A stretch of DNA of 64,000 bases from Thermoanaerobaculia bacterium. GTDB taxonomy: Bacteria > Acidobacteriota > Thermoanaerobaculia > UBA5066. The notes beneath the pieces were generated by a model. The model had not been told where the DNA came from. It saw only the letters and a list, made by a program, of their open reading frames with translations, and did no database searches. The first letter of the stretch is position 1. Each line of letters opens with the position of its first letter. The stretch covers positions 1 through 64,000 of the forward strand of contig JBBRRY010000001.1 in the NCBI GenBank assembly GCA_038245905.1, in the 5' to 3' direction. The translations under genes were made by a program, and so were the position numbers. This document shows, piece after piece, positions 49,201 through 57,650 of this stretch.

Positions 49201-51481
49201 GTTCGCGAACGACCCCGTTTCGGACCCCACGGCAGAGGCGATCTTCATCCGCGACGAAGAGACCGGGCGTGTCTGGGGCGCGACACCGGCCCCGGTGAAG
49301 AGGACGCCGCGATCGCCGCGCTGGATCGTGCGGCACGCGGCCGGAGTGACGCGCTTCCAACGCGCCGCGGACGGCATCGAACAGGAGCTCACGGTCTTCG
49401 TCGCGAAGGACGATCCCGTGAAGCTCTCGGTCCTCACGCTCAAGAACCGGGGGGCCAGGCCGCGCCGGCTGACGCTCCTCAGCTACACGGAATGGAGTCT
49501 CGGCCCGCCTCGGACAGGCGAGTCGCGTTTCGTCGTGAGCGAGCGGGATCCGGAGACCGGCGCCCTCCTGGCTCGAAATCCCTACAACGCGGACTTCGCG
49601 GGCCGCGTCGCCTTCGCGGCGTCGAGCGAACCGGTCGTCTCGGCGACCGGCGACCGGCTGGAAGTGCTCGGCCGCAACGGGTCCCTCGCGCGCGCGGGAG
49701 CGCTCCTACGGCTGCCGCTCGCGGGACACTTCGGGGCGGGCCTCGATCCCTGTGCCGCCATGCACGTCTCGATCCAGCTCCAGCCCGGTGAGACGCAGAA
49801 GGTCGTGTTCGTGCTCGGGCAGGCGCCGGATCTCGCCGAGGCGCGGTCCCTCGCGAAGCGGCACGCGAGCTCGGAGTCCGCCGCGCGGGAGCTACGCCAG
49901 GTGGAGGGATTCTGGGACGAGACGCTCGGGACGATCAGCGTCAAGACGCCGGACGATTCCTTCGACCTCGTCATGAATCGCTGGCTCCTGTATCAGAACC
50001 TCTCGGCCCGGATCTTCGCGCGAAGCGGCTACTACCAGGCGAGCGGGGCGTATGGGTTCCGAGACCAGCTGCAGGACGTTCTCGCGCTCGCGTGGTCGCG
50101 TCCGGATCTGGCCCGCGAGCACCTCCTCCGGGCGGCGGGCCGGCAGTTCGTCGAGGGCGACGTCCAGCACTGGTGGCATCCGCCCTCGGGCCGTGGGATC
50201 CGGACGCATTGCTCGGACGACCTCCTCTGGCTGCCCTGGGTCGCCGCCCGCTATGCGGCGGAGACAGGCGACTCCAGTATCTTCGACGAGGTCGTCCCGT
50301 TCCTGTCGGGTCCCGCGCTGGCCCCCGGAGAGGCCGAATCCTACGGGCAACCCTCCACGTCCTCCGAGACTGGCTCTCTCTTCGATCATTGCGTGCGTGC
50401 GATCGAACGCGGCCTCACGCAGGGACCGCACGGCCTTCCGCTCATAGGGACCGGCGACTGGAACGACGGATACAACCGCGTCGGGGCCGAAGGGCGCGGC
50501 GAGAGCGTGTTCGTCGGATGGCTTCTTCACGCGGCACTTTCGGACTTCGCTCCGCTCGCCGAGGCCCGGGGGGACACGGTGCGGGCGCTCAGGTACCGGA
50601 AGGAGAGGGAACGGCTCTCCGGGATGCTCGAGCTCGCCTGGGACGGAGACTGGTACCGGCGCGCGTACTTCGACGACGGGACGCCGCTCGGCTCCGCGCA
50701 GAACGACGAAGGGCGGATCGACTCCGTGGCGCAGACGTGGGCGGTCCTCTCGGGCGCCGCGCCGAGGGAGCGCGCCGAGCGGGCGATGGATGCCGTGCGG
50801 GCGCACCTCGTGAGGCGCGCGTCGCAAGTCATCCTGCTCCTGACGCCTCCATTCGATCGCACCACCCTCGACCCGGGTTACATCAAGGGTTACCTGCCCG
50901 GCATCCGGGAGAACGGCGGCCAGTACACGCACGCGGCGGAATGGGTGGTCCTCGCCCTGACGCGGCTCGGATACGGAGCCGAGGCCGTCGAAGCGTTCCA
51001 CATGCTCAACCCGATCAACCACACGCGAACGGCGGCCGAGCTCGACCGGTACAAGACGGAACCGTACGTGCTCGCCGGCGACGTCTACGACCATCCGCAG
51101 CATCGCGGGCGCGGCGGCTGGACGTGGTACACCGGAGCTGCCGGCTGGATGTATCGCGTCGGACTCGAGGGCATCCTGGGCCTGACGCCGCAGGGGAGCA
51201 CGTTCTCGGTGAACCCGTGCGTGCCGGGCTCCTGGCCGGCCTTCTCGATCTCATGGCGATTCGGCTCCGCGCGATACGAGATCGCGGTCGAGAACCCGGA
51301 GGGCCGGAGCGGCGGGGTCGCAAGCGCGGAATGCGACGGCGCGCCCGTCGATCCCGCGTCGATCCCGCTTCGCGACGACGGCCGCGTCCACCAGGTCGTC
51401 GTCCGGTTAGGGGCTAAAAAAGGGGACCCGGCAGCAGCCCGCGAATCGGAGCAGCATCGCCGTCGCGCGCTGAACCGTTAG
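43226..51481 (+). CDS. ndvB: Cyclic beta-1,2-glucan synthase (Cgs/NdvB/ChvB; GT84 plus GH94)
   Basis: 2751 aa; WERKRGK, LDSDT, LSHDLFEG, RQHRWVRGDW, central TM block, RTSPTNIG, WGISES, GDWNDG, RENGGQYTH. Confidence 0.93.
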   Translation: MRSFRDARSETAPFLDDSVGWNAPALLGEILSLETLEERATALAAHLTLARESKRSSRAHLDRLERNMERLRSAYLALADDVHRGEPLAPAGEWLLDNFHLLESESRAVRHDLPPRYYKKLPKLASREHAGTARLYAMAVELIRSGDGRLDLERLTRFLKAYQTVAPLTIGELWAWPSILKLALLENLRRLSDGLLARRRGRRAADEIRARLERGDRAVPLPKVLDPAFVAQLLSHMREFDPRLSVQRAELTTRLTEDGTTAEDAVRAEHQRLATEQASTANSITSLRLVAAMDWSRYVEGVSLIEQILQRDPAGIYGRMDFESRDLYRHAVEELADPTGEAQVRVALRVVASARRPPESPGWKERAAHVGYHLIGGGRPDLETDVAFRLPLLGRVGRALFARADGVYLSAIAFLTFLGVLVAVTPLWAGGASIRAQLAAALLVLLPASEIAIALIQRIATGLVPPRRLPRLDLSSGVPESARTMVVVPTLFSSVEGVRGLIDHLEVQALGNLDANVHFALLGDFLDAETETLPEDAGILAAARAGIEELNNRHAAGRNDRFFLFHRSRTWNAKEGLYMGWERKRGKIEEFNRLLRGATGTRYTQIVGDVAILPSVRYVLTLDSDTRLPRGTARSLIGILAHPLQQAHVDPRLRRVTEGYGILQPRVSITQSGAADSLFARVYSGHTGVDPYSRAVSDTYQDLFGEGIFTGKGLYDVDAFVASLEGRVPENALLSHDLFEGLYARTALVSDVEVVDDYPANVLAHARRQHRWVRGDWQILLWLFTFVPARHGIVRNRLPLISRWKILDNLRRSLVAPALLALFCAAWTVLPGAPLLYTLFGLTVLALPLVFALMGGSLVERGRGPVRVYVRGVLTDLAIAAAQSFLALVLLAQQAWDTVHAVTLTLVRLLVTQRRLLEWETAAAQAARAAGLLSAGARSFLAEMIASPLVAVAVVAMTLSVRPTALWLAVPFAAAWIAAPFVAFWLSRPLQATSRRLSEDERAYLLDIARGTWTYFEKLDGDVDHGLPPDNYQEDPGPAVAHRTSPTNIGMALLSTLAAHDLGFLATEKLLARLERTIATVEGLERHEGHLLNWYDTQTLAPLFPRYVSTVDSGNLACALVALAQGLVALSRSKSELEPRLVSLAARALALANGMRFAFLYRADRQLFAIGYRLADANGPGGLDGSSYDLLASEARLASFFAIAKGDVPQSHWFHLGRLVVSVEGVPTLVSWSATMFEYLKPLLLTRSYPGTLLHESCRMVVKRQRSYAKSRGVAWGISESAYAMVDRQGTYQYKAFGVPGLGLKRGLGDELVIAPYASALAAIVDPSAAVSNLRRLADEGARGAWGFYEAVDHTDRRVSAEERDAEPEGHVVKAHFAHHQGMTLVAIANALLEDVMVERFHADPRVKATELLLQERVPRQAPIIDPHPAKESHSAAPVMAVPPRRLRSPHTPYPRAHILGNGAYVSIVTNAGGGASLYKDRAVTRWREDPTADPGSQFLYLRDVHSGDVWSATYQPTCREADEYVVDFLSEKSVFRRRDHEIEARLEVGVSPEDDVEVRRITLRNRSERPREIEVTSYAEISLGTIAEDMAHPAFGKLFVETAWAGESTALLAHRRPRSPGDPNLWALHVLSLDRRIQAPIEWETDRARFLGRGRGPDDPQALDGRALSGTTGAVLDPILSLRTRVRLAPGGSVRLCFATGVAGDEDRARALAQKYHDTGAAARAFHLAHTHTQIAREHLGIQADAAQLFDRLGSRVFFSDASLRESGEILAKSTLGQNGLYGHGISGDLPIVLVRIVESDDLPLVLQVLKAQEYWRLVGLKADLVVLNEHPVSYLDEMHEQLTTLIDGGSWSSWKGRSGGVFLLRGDGMPDAERILLLTVARAVLSGERGELAAQLDRNTPEPPRPLKAPLVDEGGGNEPEPPVPPLVMGNGLGGFSPDGKEYVVVLSGSAETPLPWVNVIANPRFGTIVTTSGASTTWSENSRENRLTPFANDPVSDPTAEAIFIRDEETGRVWGATPAPVKRTPRSPRWIVRHAAGVTRFQRAADGIEQELTVFVAKDDPVKLSVLTLKNRGARPRRLTLLSYTEWSLGPPRTGESRFVVSERDPETGALLARNPYNADFAGRVAFAASSEPVVSATGDRLEVLGRNGSLARAGALLRLPLAGHFGAGLDPCAAMHVSIQLQPGETQKVVFVLGQAPDLAEARSLAKRHASSESAARELRQVEGFWDETLGTISVKTPDDSFDLVMNRWLLYQNLSARIFARSGYYQASGAYGFRDQLQDVLALAWSRPDLAREHLLRAAGRQFVEGDVQHWWHPPSGRGIRTHCSDDLLWLPWVAARYAAETGDSSIFDEVVPFLSGPALAPGEAESYGQPSTSSETGSLFDHCVRAIERGLTQGPHGLPLIGTGDWNDGYNRVGAEGRGESVFVGWLLHAALSDFAPLAEARGDTVRALRYRKERERLSGMLELAWDGDWYRRAYFDDGTPLGSAQNDEGRIDSVAQTWAVLSGAAPRERAERAMDAVRAHLVRRASQVILLLTPPFDRTTLDPGYIKGYLPGIRENGGQYTHAAEWVVLALTRLGYGAEAVEAFHMLNPINHTRTAAELDRYKTEPYVLAGDVYDHPQHRGRGGWTWYTGAAGWMYRVGLEGILGLTPQGSTFSVNPCVPGSWPAFSISWRFGSARYEIAVENPEGRSGGVASAECDGAPVDPASIPLRDDGRVHQVVVRLGAKKGDPAAARESEQHRRRALNR

Positions 51482-53243
51482 GACGCGGAGCCAACGGGCC
51501 GGGCCTGCCCGGAATGGAGAGCGCTCGCTCGAGGTTGGCGCGGGCATAGGCATAGTCCGGGTCGAGGCGAAGCGCCTCGCGGAACTGCTCGATCGCTTCC
51601 GCGAGCCGCCCGCCCTGCATGAGAGCGGCGCCGAGGCCGTTGTGGGCGATAGGGCTCCCGGACGCACCGAGGCGGAGCGCCTCCTGGTACGTGGCGACGG
51701 CCTCTTCGATCCGGCCCGATTTCGTGCTCACGGTCGCCAGGTTGATGAGCACGGTCGTGTCCTGGGGGACGATGCGGAGCGCGTCCCTCAGGTGAGCGGT
51801 CGCCGCGTCGAAGCGGCCGCCCTGCTCCTCGATGCGCGCGAGATTCAGTAGCGCGGGCACGTTGTCGGGCTTGAGGCTCAGCGATTTCTCGAAGTGAGGG
51901 ACGGCCTCGACGTCGCGGCCCTTCTCCATCAGCCAGTTTCCATAGTTCGTCTCGCACATGAAGCAGGAGGGGCTTCTCTCGAGCGTGTCCCGCCAGAGCG
52001 TCTCCTCGTCGCGGTACGTGCCGCTCTGGGCGTATGTCCGGGACGCGAGGACGGCGAGCACAGCGAGGCCGAGGGCCGCGGCACTCCTTCGCCATCCGAT
52101 CCCGAGCCGGTCGGTCCACGCCGCTGCTCCGCACACGGTGCCCGCGGCGAAGACGGCGACGGCCTGATAGGCGAAGTGGTCCGCGACCCATGAATAGCGC
52201 ATCGCGTAGACGTTGAAGAACCCCATCGCGGGAGCGAGGACGCCGAGAAAAAGCAGCAGTCCGGTGAGGGGCCCGCGCCCGACGCGGCGCCGGAGGAGCC
52301 ACGCGGCTGCCAGGAGCCCGAGGACGCCCGCCACCGGAATCCACTGGCGGAGATCGCGCGGGTCGACGGTCCAACGCTCGTAGATGAAGGCGAGCTTCGT
52401 TGGGAAAAAGAGCTTGCTGGCGTAAAACAGGGAAGTCTGGCCTGCGAGGGCCACGCGTCCGGCCGGCCCGATCTCCCATTCGCTTCCCGTCGCCTGCACC
52501 ATCGTCCGCTCGAGCCACGCGGTCTGGAACGCGAGAGCGGCGCCGATGGCAAAGAGAGGGAAGAGCGGCCGCACGTCGCCGGCCGTCACGCGCCCATTCC
52601 TCCACCAGACGAGGACGAGCAGCACGGCGGGGACGACCGAAGCCGTCGTCTTCGCGAAGAGGGCGAGGGTGAAACAGCCGAAGGCGAGGGCATAGAAGAC
52701 CGTTGACGTCCTCCACCACGGCTCTGCCGCCTGCGCCGCACGCCGTTTCCTTTTCTTTTTCGGTTCTGCGCCGTTCGCGCGCGCCTCGAGGAACGAATAC
52801 CACGCGTGGATCGCGAGGAGTGAAAGTAGGAGGGAGAGCGTGTTCTTGCGCTCGGTGACCCAGGCGACGGACTCGACGCTCACGGGGTGCAGGGCGAACA
52901 AGGCGGCCGCGAACCACGCGCCCCGAAGTCCGAGGCGGACGAGGAGTCCCCACAGGAGCAGGGCCGAACCCGCATGCAGGAGGACGTTGACGAGGTGATA
53001 GCCGAACGGCTGCAGGGACCAAAGGCGCTTCTCGACCCAGAACGAGGTAAAGACCATCGGGTAGTACTGCTCGTTGGCCTTCGGCTCGGTCCAGATGAGC
53101 CGCAGCCCTTCGATCCCGTCGAGAGTCCGGTTCTCCGTCAGGTAGGTGTCGTCGTTCCAGACGAAGCCTGCCTGTAGGGCCGGCAGATACGCGACGATCA
53201 CCGCCGCCACGAGAGCTAGACCGGGCAGCCACTTCCTCAGCAC
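51414..53243 (-). CDS. TMTC-like GT-C membrane protein with C-terminal TPRs
   Basis: FVWNDD loop, YHLVNVLLH, HPVSVESVAWVTERK, TLW, TPR tail; GTG start. Confidence 0.85.
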   Translation of the reverse strand: MLRKWLPGLALVAAVIVAYLPALQAGFVWNDDTYLTENRTLDGIEGLRLIWTEPKANEQYYPMVFTSFWVEKRLWSLQPFGYHLVNVLLHAGSALLLWGLLVRLGLRGAWFAAALFALHPVSVESVAWVTERKNTLSLLLSLLAIHAWYSFLEARANGAEPKKKRKRRAAQAAEPWWRTSTVFYALAFGCFTLALFAKTTASVVPAVLLVLVWWRNGRVTAGDVRPLFPLFAIGAALAFQTAWLERTMVQATGSEWEIGPAGRVALAGQTSLFYASKLFFPTKLAFIYERWTVDPRDLRQWIPVAGVLGLLAAAWLLRRRVGRGPLTGLLLFLGVLAPAMGFFNVYAMRYSWVADHFAYQAVAVFAAGTVCGAAAWTDRLGIGWRRSAAALGLAVLAVLASRTYAQSGTYRDEETLWRDTLERSPSCFMCETNYGNWLMEKGRDVEAVPHFEKSLSLKPDNVPALLNLARIEEQGGRFDAATAHLRDALRIVPQDTTVLINLATVSTKSGRIEEAVATYQEALRLGASGSPIAHNGLGAALMQGGRLAEAIEQFREALRLDPDYAYARANLERALSIPGRPGPLAPRPNGSARDGDAAPIRGLLPGPLF

Positions 53244-53361
53244 GGATGGACGATAAGCCAAAGGCGTGAGGCTCCCCTCGATCCGCTTTCCGGCCGGCAG
53301 GCGGTCCGTCGCGCGCCCGAGTCTTGATATCGTTGGCGAAGCGGCAATCGGTTGTTCGAGA

Positions 53362-54114
53362 ATGAGTGAACCTGTCATCCGGGCGACGGAGCTGACGCGC
53401 CGCTTCGGTGCCATGACGGCTCTGAATTCGGTGAGCCTGTCGCTGGCTCGCGGGGCGGTCTACGGACTCGTCGGAGCGAACGGTGCGGGCAAGACGACGC
53501 TCATCAAGCACATTCTGGGTCTGTTGCGGGCGGACAGCGGCTCGGTCCGCGTCTTCGGCCTCGATCCCGTCGCCGATCCGGTCGCCGTCCTGTCGCGAAT
53601 CGGTTATCTGTCCGAGGAGAACGACCTACCCGGCTGGATGCGCGTGGACGAGCTCATCCGGTACTCGCGCGCGTTCTATCCCGCCTGGGACGATCGGTAC
53701 GCGGAGGAGCTGCGGCGTGCGTTCGCGCTCGACCCCACGGCGAAGATCAAGAGCTTGTCCAAAGGGCAGAAGGCCCGGGCGGGACTGCTCATCGCGCTGG
53801 CCTATCGACCGGAACTGCTCGTACTGGACGAACCGTCGTCCGGCCTCGATCCCATCGTTCGCCGCGACATCCTCGGCGCCGTCCTGCGCACCATCGCCGA
53901 CGAAGGCCGCACGGTGCTCTTCTCGTCACACCTCCTTGAGGAAGTGGAGCAAGTCGCCGACCACGTCACGATGATTCACCAGGGCAGGATCGTTCTGAGC
54001 GCGCCGCTTCTCGCCATCAGGGAATCGCATCGGGTCGGCGAACGCGTCCCCTCCCTCGACGAGATCTTCGTCGCCCTTGCCGGGATATCCGCTGCCTCTG
54101 CCCCGGAGACCTAG
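53362..54114 (+). CDS. ABC transporter ATP-binding protein (exporter type)
   Basis: GANGAGKT, LSKGQ, LVLDEP, SSH. Confidence 0.95.
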   Translation: MSEPVIRATELTRRFGAMTALNSVSLSLARGAVYGLVGANGAGKTTLIKHILGLLRADSGSVRVFGLDPVADPVAVLSRIGYLSEENDLPGWMRVDELIRYSRAFYPAWDDRYAEELRRAFALDPTAKIKSLSKGQKARAGLLIALAYRPELLVLDEPSSGLDPIVRRDILGAVLRTIADEGRTVLFSSHLLEEVEQVADHVTMIHQGRIVLSAPLLAIRESHRVGERVPSLDEIFVALAGISAASAPET

Positions 54115-54117
54115 AGC

Positions 54118-55755
54118 ATGCGTTCCGCCGCTGCCGCGATCGCCTGGGAGTTCCGCCTCAAGCATCGCTGGGGACTGATCGCCCTGACCGGCTACCTGAT
54201 CCTCATCGCGACGATCAGGCTCCTGACCCAGGAGCGGGGCCAGTCCGTCGACTTTGATGACGCCCAGAGCTTTGCTTTGGTCGTGGTCGTGCCCATCACG
54301 TCGACATTCATGTATTTCCTGGCGGTTTTCAGCTTCGGCCTTTCTGGCGATCTGGCTGCGCGCCAATCGATGTATCCCGCCCGCATGTTCACGCTGCCGG
54401 TGTCGACCGCCGCGCTGGCGGGGTGGCCGATGCTCTACGGCACGGCGGCCATGGCGATCCTGTGGCTCGCGACGAGGCTCTTCGCCTTGTGGCCGTCCGG
54501 TGTCGAGGTGCCCGTGATCTGGCCGGCGCTTCTGGCCGCGTCGCTTCTCGCGTGGACGCAGGCCCTGGTTTGGATGCCGTACGCCTTGCCCGGGCTGCGG
54601 GTGATCGTCACCGTGCTGTGGCTGGCCACGATCGACGCCGTCGTGATGCTGGCGCTCTACTACAAGGCCCGCGAGCCGGTGATGCTGGCCATCCTGGCGC
54701 CGCACGTTCCCCTCGCGTATTTCACCGCCCGCTTCGCCATCGGCCGGGCTCGCCGCGGCGACGTGCCCGATTGGCGCGGGGTCTTCGCCCGGCTCGGACG
54801 GATCGCGGACGTCCTGCCGCGCCGGCGAGACCGCTTTCCTTCACCCGCCCGCGCCCAGGAGTGGTTCGAGTGGCGTCGGCACGGCCGGTCGCTCCCGGCG
54901 ATGGTGGGAATCCTGCTGCCATTCGAGCTGACGTTGCTTTTCGTCTTCAGAGAGACGCCGGCACTCGTTCTCGAGACCCTTGTCCTGGTCTTGCTCACTC
55001 CACCCTTCATGGCCGCCTTTGCGGCCGCGACCGTCCGGAAGTCGAACCCCGAGGGAAGCGATTCCTACGGCCTGACGCCATTTCTCGCGACGCGGCCGCT
55101 GACGAGCGCTTCGCTCGTCGCCGCCAAGCTGAAGGTGACGATCTGGAGCACCCTGGCCGCCTGGCTGCTGGTTCTCGTTTCTCTTTCTCTCGGGTTGAGA
55201 CTCTCGGGAGCCTGGCCCGTGGTGATGGAACGAGCGCGCGAACTGGTCGACGCCGTCGGGAGGCCCCGCGCAGTCGCGATCGTGCTGCTGGTGCTCTCGG
55301 CCCTCGTGGCATCCACATGGAAACAGCTTGTCCAGAGCCTGTTCGTCGGCCTGAGCGGCCGGAAATGGGCTGTCAATTTGAGCGTGTTCGGGACCCTGTC
55401 GCTCCTCGCCGTCGCCGTGCCGCTCGCCCAATGGATCGCCGGAAGCAAATACCGGATGGGGGTGCTGTGGAACGCCTTACCGTGGATCGCCGCTGTTCTG
55501 GTCTGCCTGAAGGTATCAGCCGCTGCCTGGATCGCCATTCGCCTCCGTGACAGCCGCCTGTTGAGCGACCGGACCCTCGTCCTGGGCGCGGCCTGCTGGG
55601 ATGCCAGCGTGTTCGCTGTCTACGGCCTGTTCGTGTGGCTCACACCCGCGCTGCTCTTCCGCAGCTACCTCCTAGCGCTCGTCGCGATCCTCGCCGTTCC
55701 CCTGGCGAGACTCTCGGCGACTCCGCTGGTGCTCGCGTGGAATCGACATCGGTGA
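54118..55755 (+). CDS. ABC-2-type permease with internally duplicated halves
   Basis: About 12 TM; AIAWEFRLKH/AQEWFEWRRH and FTLPVST/LATRPLTS repeats; follows the ATPase. Confidence 0.7.
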   Translation: MRSAAAAIAWEFRLKHRWGLIALTGYLILIATIRLLTQERGQSVDFDDAQSFALVVVVPITSTFMYFLAVFSFGLSGDLAARQSMYPARMFTLPVSTAALAGWPMLYGTAAMAILWLATRLFALWPSGVEVPVIWPALLAASLLAWTQALVWMPYALPGLRVIVTVLWLATIDAVVMLALYYKAREPVMLAILAPHVPLAYFTARFAIGRARRGDVPDWRGVFARLGRIADVLPRRRDRFPSPARAQEWFEWRRHGRSLPAMVGILLPFELTLLFVFRETPALVLETLVLVLLTPPFMAAFAAATVRKSNPEGSDSYGLTPFLATRPLTSASLVAAKLKVTIWSTLAAWLLVLVSLSLGLRLSGAWPVVMERARELVDAVGRPRAVAIVLLVLSALVASTWKQLVQSLFVGLSGRKWAVNLSVFGTLSLLAVAVPLAQWIAGSKYRMGVLWNALPWIAAVLVCLKVSAAAWIAIRLRDSRLLSDRTLVLGAACWDASVFAVYGLFVWLTPALLFRSYLLALVAILAVPLARLSATPLVLAWNRHR

Positions 55756-55777
55756 ACGCGCTTCGAGGACGACGGCC

Positions 55778-56719
55778 ATGAAGAGCAGGAAGATAGTCAT
55801 CGGTGCTGTGCTGGCTTTCATCAACCTGCCTGTGGTGCTGGCCCTCGGCGAGGCCATTTCTTTCCACGTCCGGAATCGGGCCAACGGCACGATCGTCTCC
55901 TCTGGCGAGAAGCGGGTGTACCTCCTCCATGTCCCGCCCAGCTACGACCGGACAAGGCCGACGCCGCTCGTCATCAGCCTGCACGGCGCCGGGGGATGGC
56001 CGGTCCAGCAGAGGGACTTGAGCGGCTGGAACCGCGTGGCCGACGAGAAGGGGTTCATCGTCGTCTACCCCTCGGGCATCGAGAGCGTCGGGCCGAGGAT
56101 CTGGCACACGGGCGGGAACGGTCTGACGAAAGATGTCCGGTTCATCTCGGAGCTGATCGACAAGCTGGAGGCGTCCTACAACATCGATCCCGCGAGGATC
56201 TACGCGAACGGCCTCTCCAATGGAGGAGGCATGTCGTTCGCGCTCTCCTGCACGCTGTCCGATCGGATCGCCGCGGTCGGGCTGGTGGGGGCCGCTCACT
56301 TTCTCCCTTGGAGCTGGTGCACGGAGCCTCGACCGATGCCGATGATCTCGTTTCATGGCACCGCTGATCCGATGATCCCGTACAAGGGCGGCCGGGCCTG
56401 GGTTGCCTCCGAAGTGTTTCCAGACATCCCGTCCTGGACGAGGGGTTGGGCGCGAAGGAACCGGTGCGGAACGGTCCCCGTCGAATCCGTGATCGCTCCG
56501 GATGTCACCCGGATCGAATACCCGGACTGCGCCGACGGCGCGGATGTGGTTCTGTACCGGGTCCAGGGTGGAGGCCATACGTGGCCTGGTGGCGAGCCAA
56601 TGCCGGAATGGTTCGTGGGGCCCACCACCAACGGCATCGACGCCACGGGCACGATGTGGGCGTTCTTTCGCGAGCACCGGCTCCCGGGGAGCGTTACGTC
56701 GTCAGATGCAGGTCGATGA
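55778..56719 (+). CDS. PHB-depolymerase/LpqC-like alpha/beta esterase
   Basis: PLVISLHG, VVYPSG, GLSNGG, FHGTAD, GGHTWPG; N-terminal anchor. Confidence 0.88.
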   Translation: MKSRKIVIGAVLAFINLPVVLALGEAISFHVRNRANGTIVSSGEKRVYLLHVPPSYDRTRPTPLVISLHGAGGWPVQQRDLSGWNRVADEKGFIVVYPSGIESVGPRIWHTGGNGLTKDVRFISELIDKLEASYNIDPARIYANGLSNGGGMSFALSCTLSDRIAAVGLVGAAHFLPWSWCTEPRPMPMISFHGTADPMIPYKGGRAWVASEVFPDIPSWTRGWARRNRCGTVPVESVIAPDVTRIEYPDCADGADVVLYRVQGGGHTWPGGEPMPEWFVGPTTNGIDATGTMWAFFREHRLPGSVTSSDAGR

Positions 56720-57119
56720 GGCCGTGCTGGTGGAACGCGCCGATCCGCGGCGCGAAAAGGCCGATGACGAACAGCACGAGCGCGCCGCCCGCGATAGCCG
56801 ACAGCGCGAGGAGCGGCAGGAACCGGGCCTCGCGGAGCTGGTCGGCGTTGTTCACGCGCACGGTGGCTTCCGTGACGGCTCTCAGGCCGGCATCCGTGGC
56901 GACGCTGAGCCGCTTCTCGGCGATCGCTTTTTCGAGAGGCATATCGGCGACGAGAACCTGGAGGCGGTCGGCCGTCGTCGAGAGGGGGAGCGCGAGATGG
57001 GCGGGGGTCCAGACGGTTTCCTGCGGTTTGCTCTGGACCAGCCAGAAGCCGCCAATCGAGAGGACGAGCACGAGACCCCCTCCGAGAAGCGCGAACAGGC
57101 GGAAATGACTCTTTTGCAT
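56694..57119 (-). CDS. Hypothetical 2-TM protein
   Basis: Hydrophobic N- and C-terminal segments; GAGG RBS. Confidence 0.6.
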   Translation of the reverse strand: MQKSHFRLFALLGGGLVLVLSIGGFWLVQSKPQETVWTPAHLALPLSTTADRLQVLVADMPLEKAIAEKRLSVATDAGLRAVTEATVRVNNADQLREARFLPLLALSAIAGGALVLFVIGLFAPRIGAFHQHGLIDLHLTT

Positions 57120-57241
57120 GCAACCCTCATCTTTCTGCGGCCCTTGCGGCCGCTCGGATCGGGATCCCTGTAGATGGTTAGGGCTCCCCTCGAGGTCCGG
57201 TCAAGGTGCATTTGCATCGGTGCGGACTAAACTCCGCCCGC

Positions 57242-57643
57242 ATGCGACCCGCTCCCGAGAACGCGCAGCGGATCTATCTCCGTAGCGGCCGCGAAGGCGA
57301 TCCCCTATCGTTCTCCGTCCGATGGTTCGTCCCGGCGGGATTCGACGCCGGCGAAAGGTCGGAGGTCTCGAGCGTCGCGGACGGCAAGGCCGAGCTGGCG
57401 TCCTGTCTCGCGCTTCTGGGCGTGACCGCCCTCGCCGTGATGGTGGGAGACGTCATCGACGGAACGCCCGTGTTCGATTTCAAGCCCTGCACGCCGACGG
57501 AGGCTGCCGAGCATGCCTGCCGGGAAGGTCAGCGGGCGCGGTCCATCGCGTACTCTCAGACCGTGTACGTCGAGACGACACCCGAGGAGCTCTACCGGCG
57601 CCTCTCCCTCTGGGAGAACGCGCGCCGCCGGTGGGGACGATGA
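57242..57643 (+). CDS. Hypothetical protein
   Basis: ORF co-oriented with and directly upstream of the PTPS gene; no recognised motif. Confidence 0.5.
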   Translation: MRPAPENAQRIYLRSGREGDPLSFSVRWFVPAGFDAGERSEVSSVADGKAELASCLALLGVTALAVMVGDVIDGTPVFDFKPCTPTEAAEHACREGQRARSIAYSQTVYVETTPEELYRRLSLWENARRRWGR

Positions 57644-57650
57644 GCGGACG

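Larger units (their letters stand above)
21230..57650. mobile_element. Putative accessory/genomic island at tRNA-Pro (no integrase seen)
   Basis: About 36 kb of non-core genes separate merR-tRNA-Pro from surE-pcm; no att repeat or mobility gene found; right boundary approximate. Confidence 0.4.

Noticed and set aside
43504-51417. Long alternate-frame ORFs within cgs
   Set aside because: Off-frame shadows with no recognisable domains.
57120-57241. att-like duplicate of the tRNA-Pro 3' end
   Set aside because: No copy of the tRNA 3' sequence found by eye at the island's right side.
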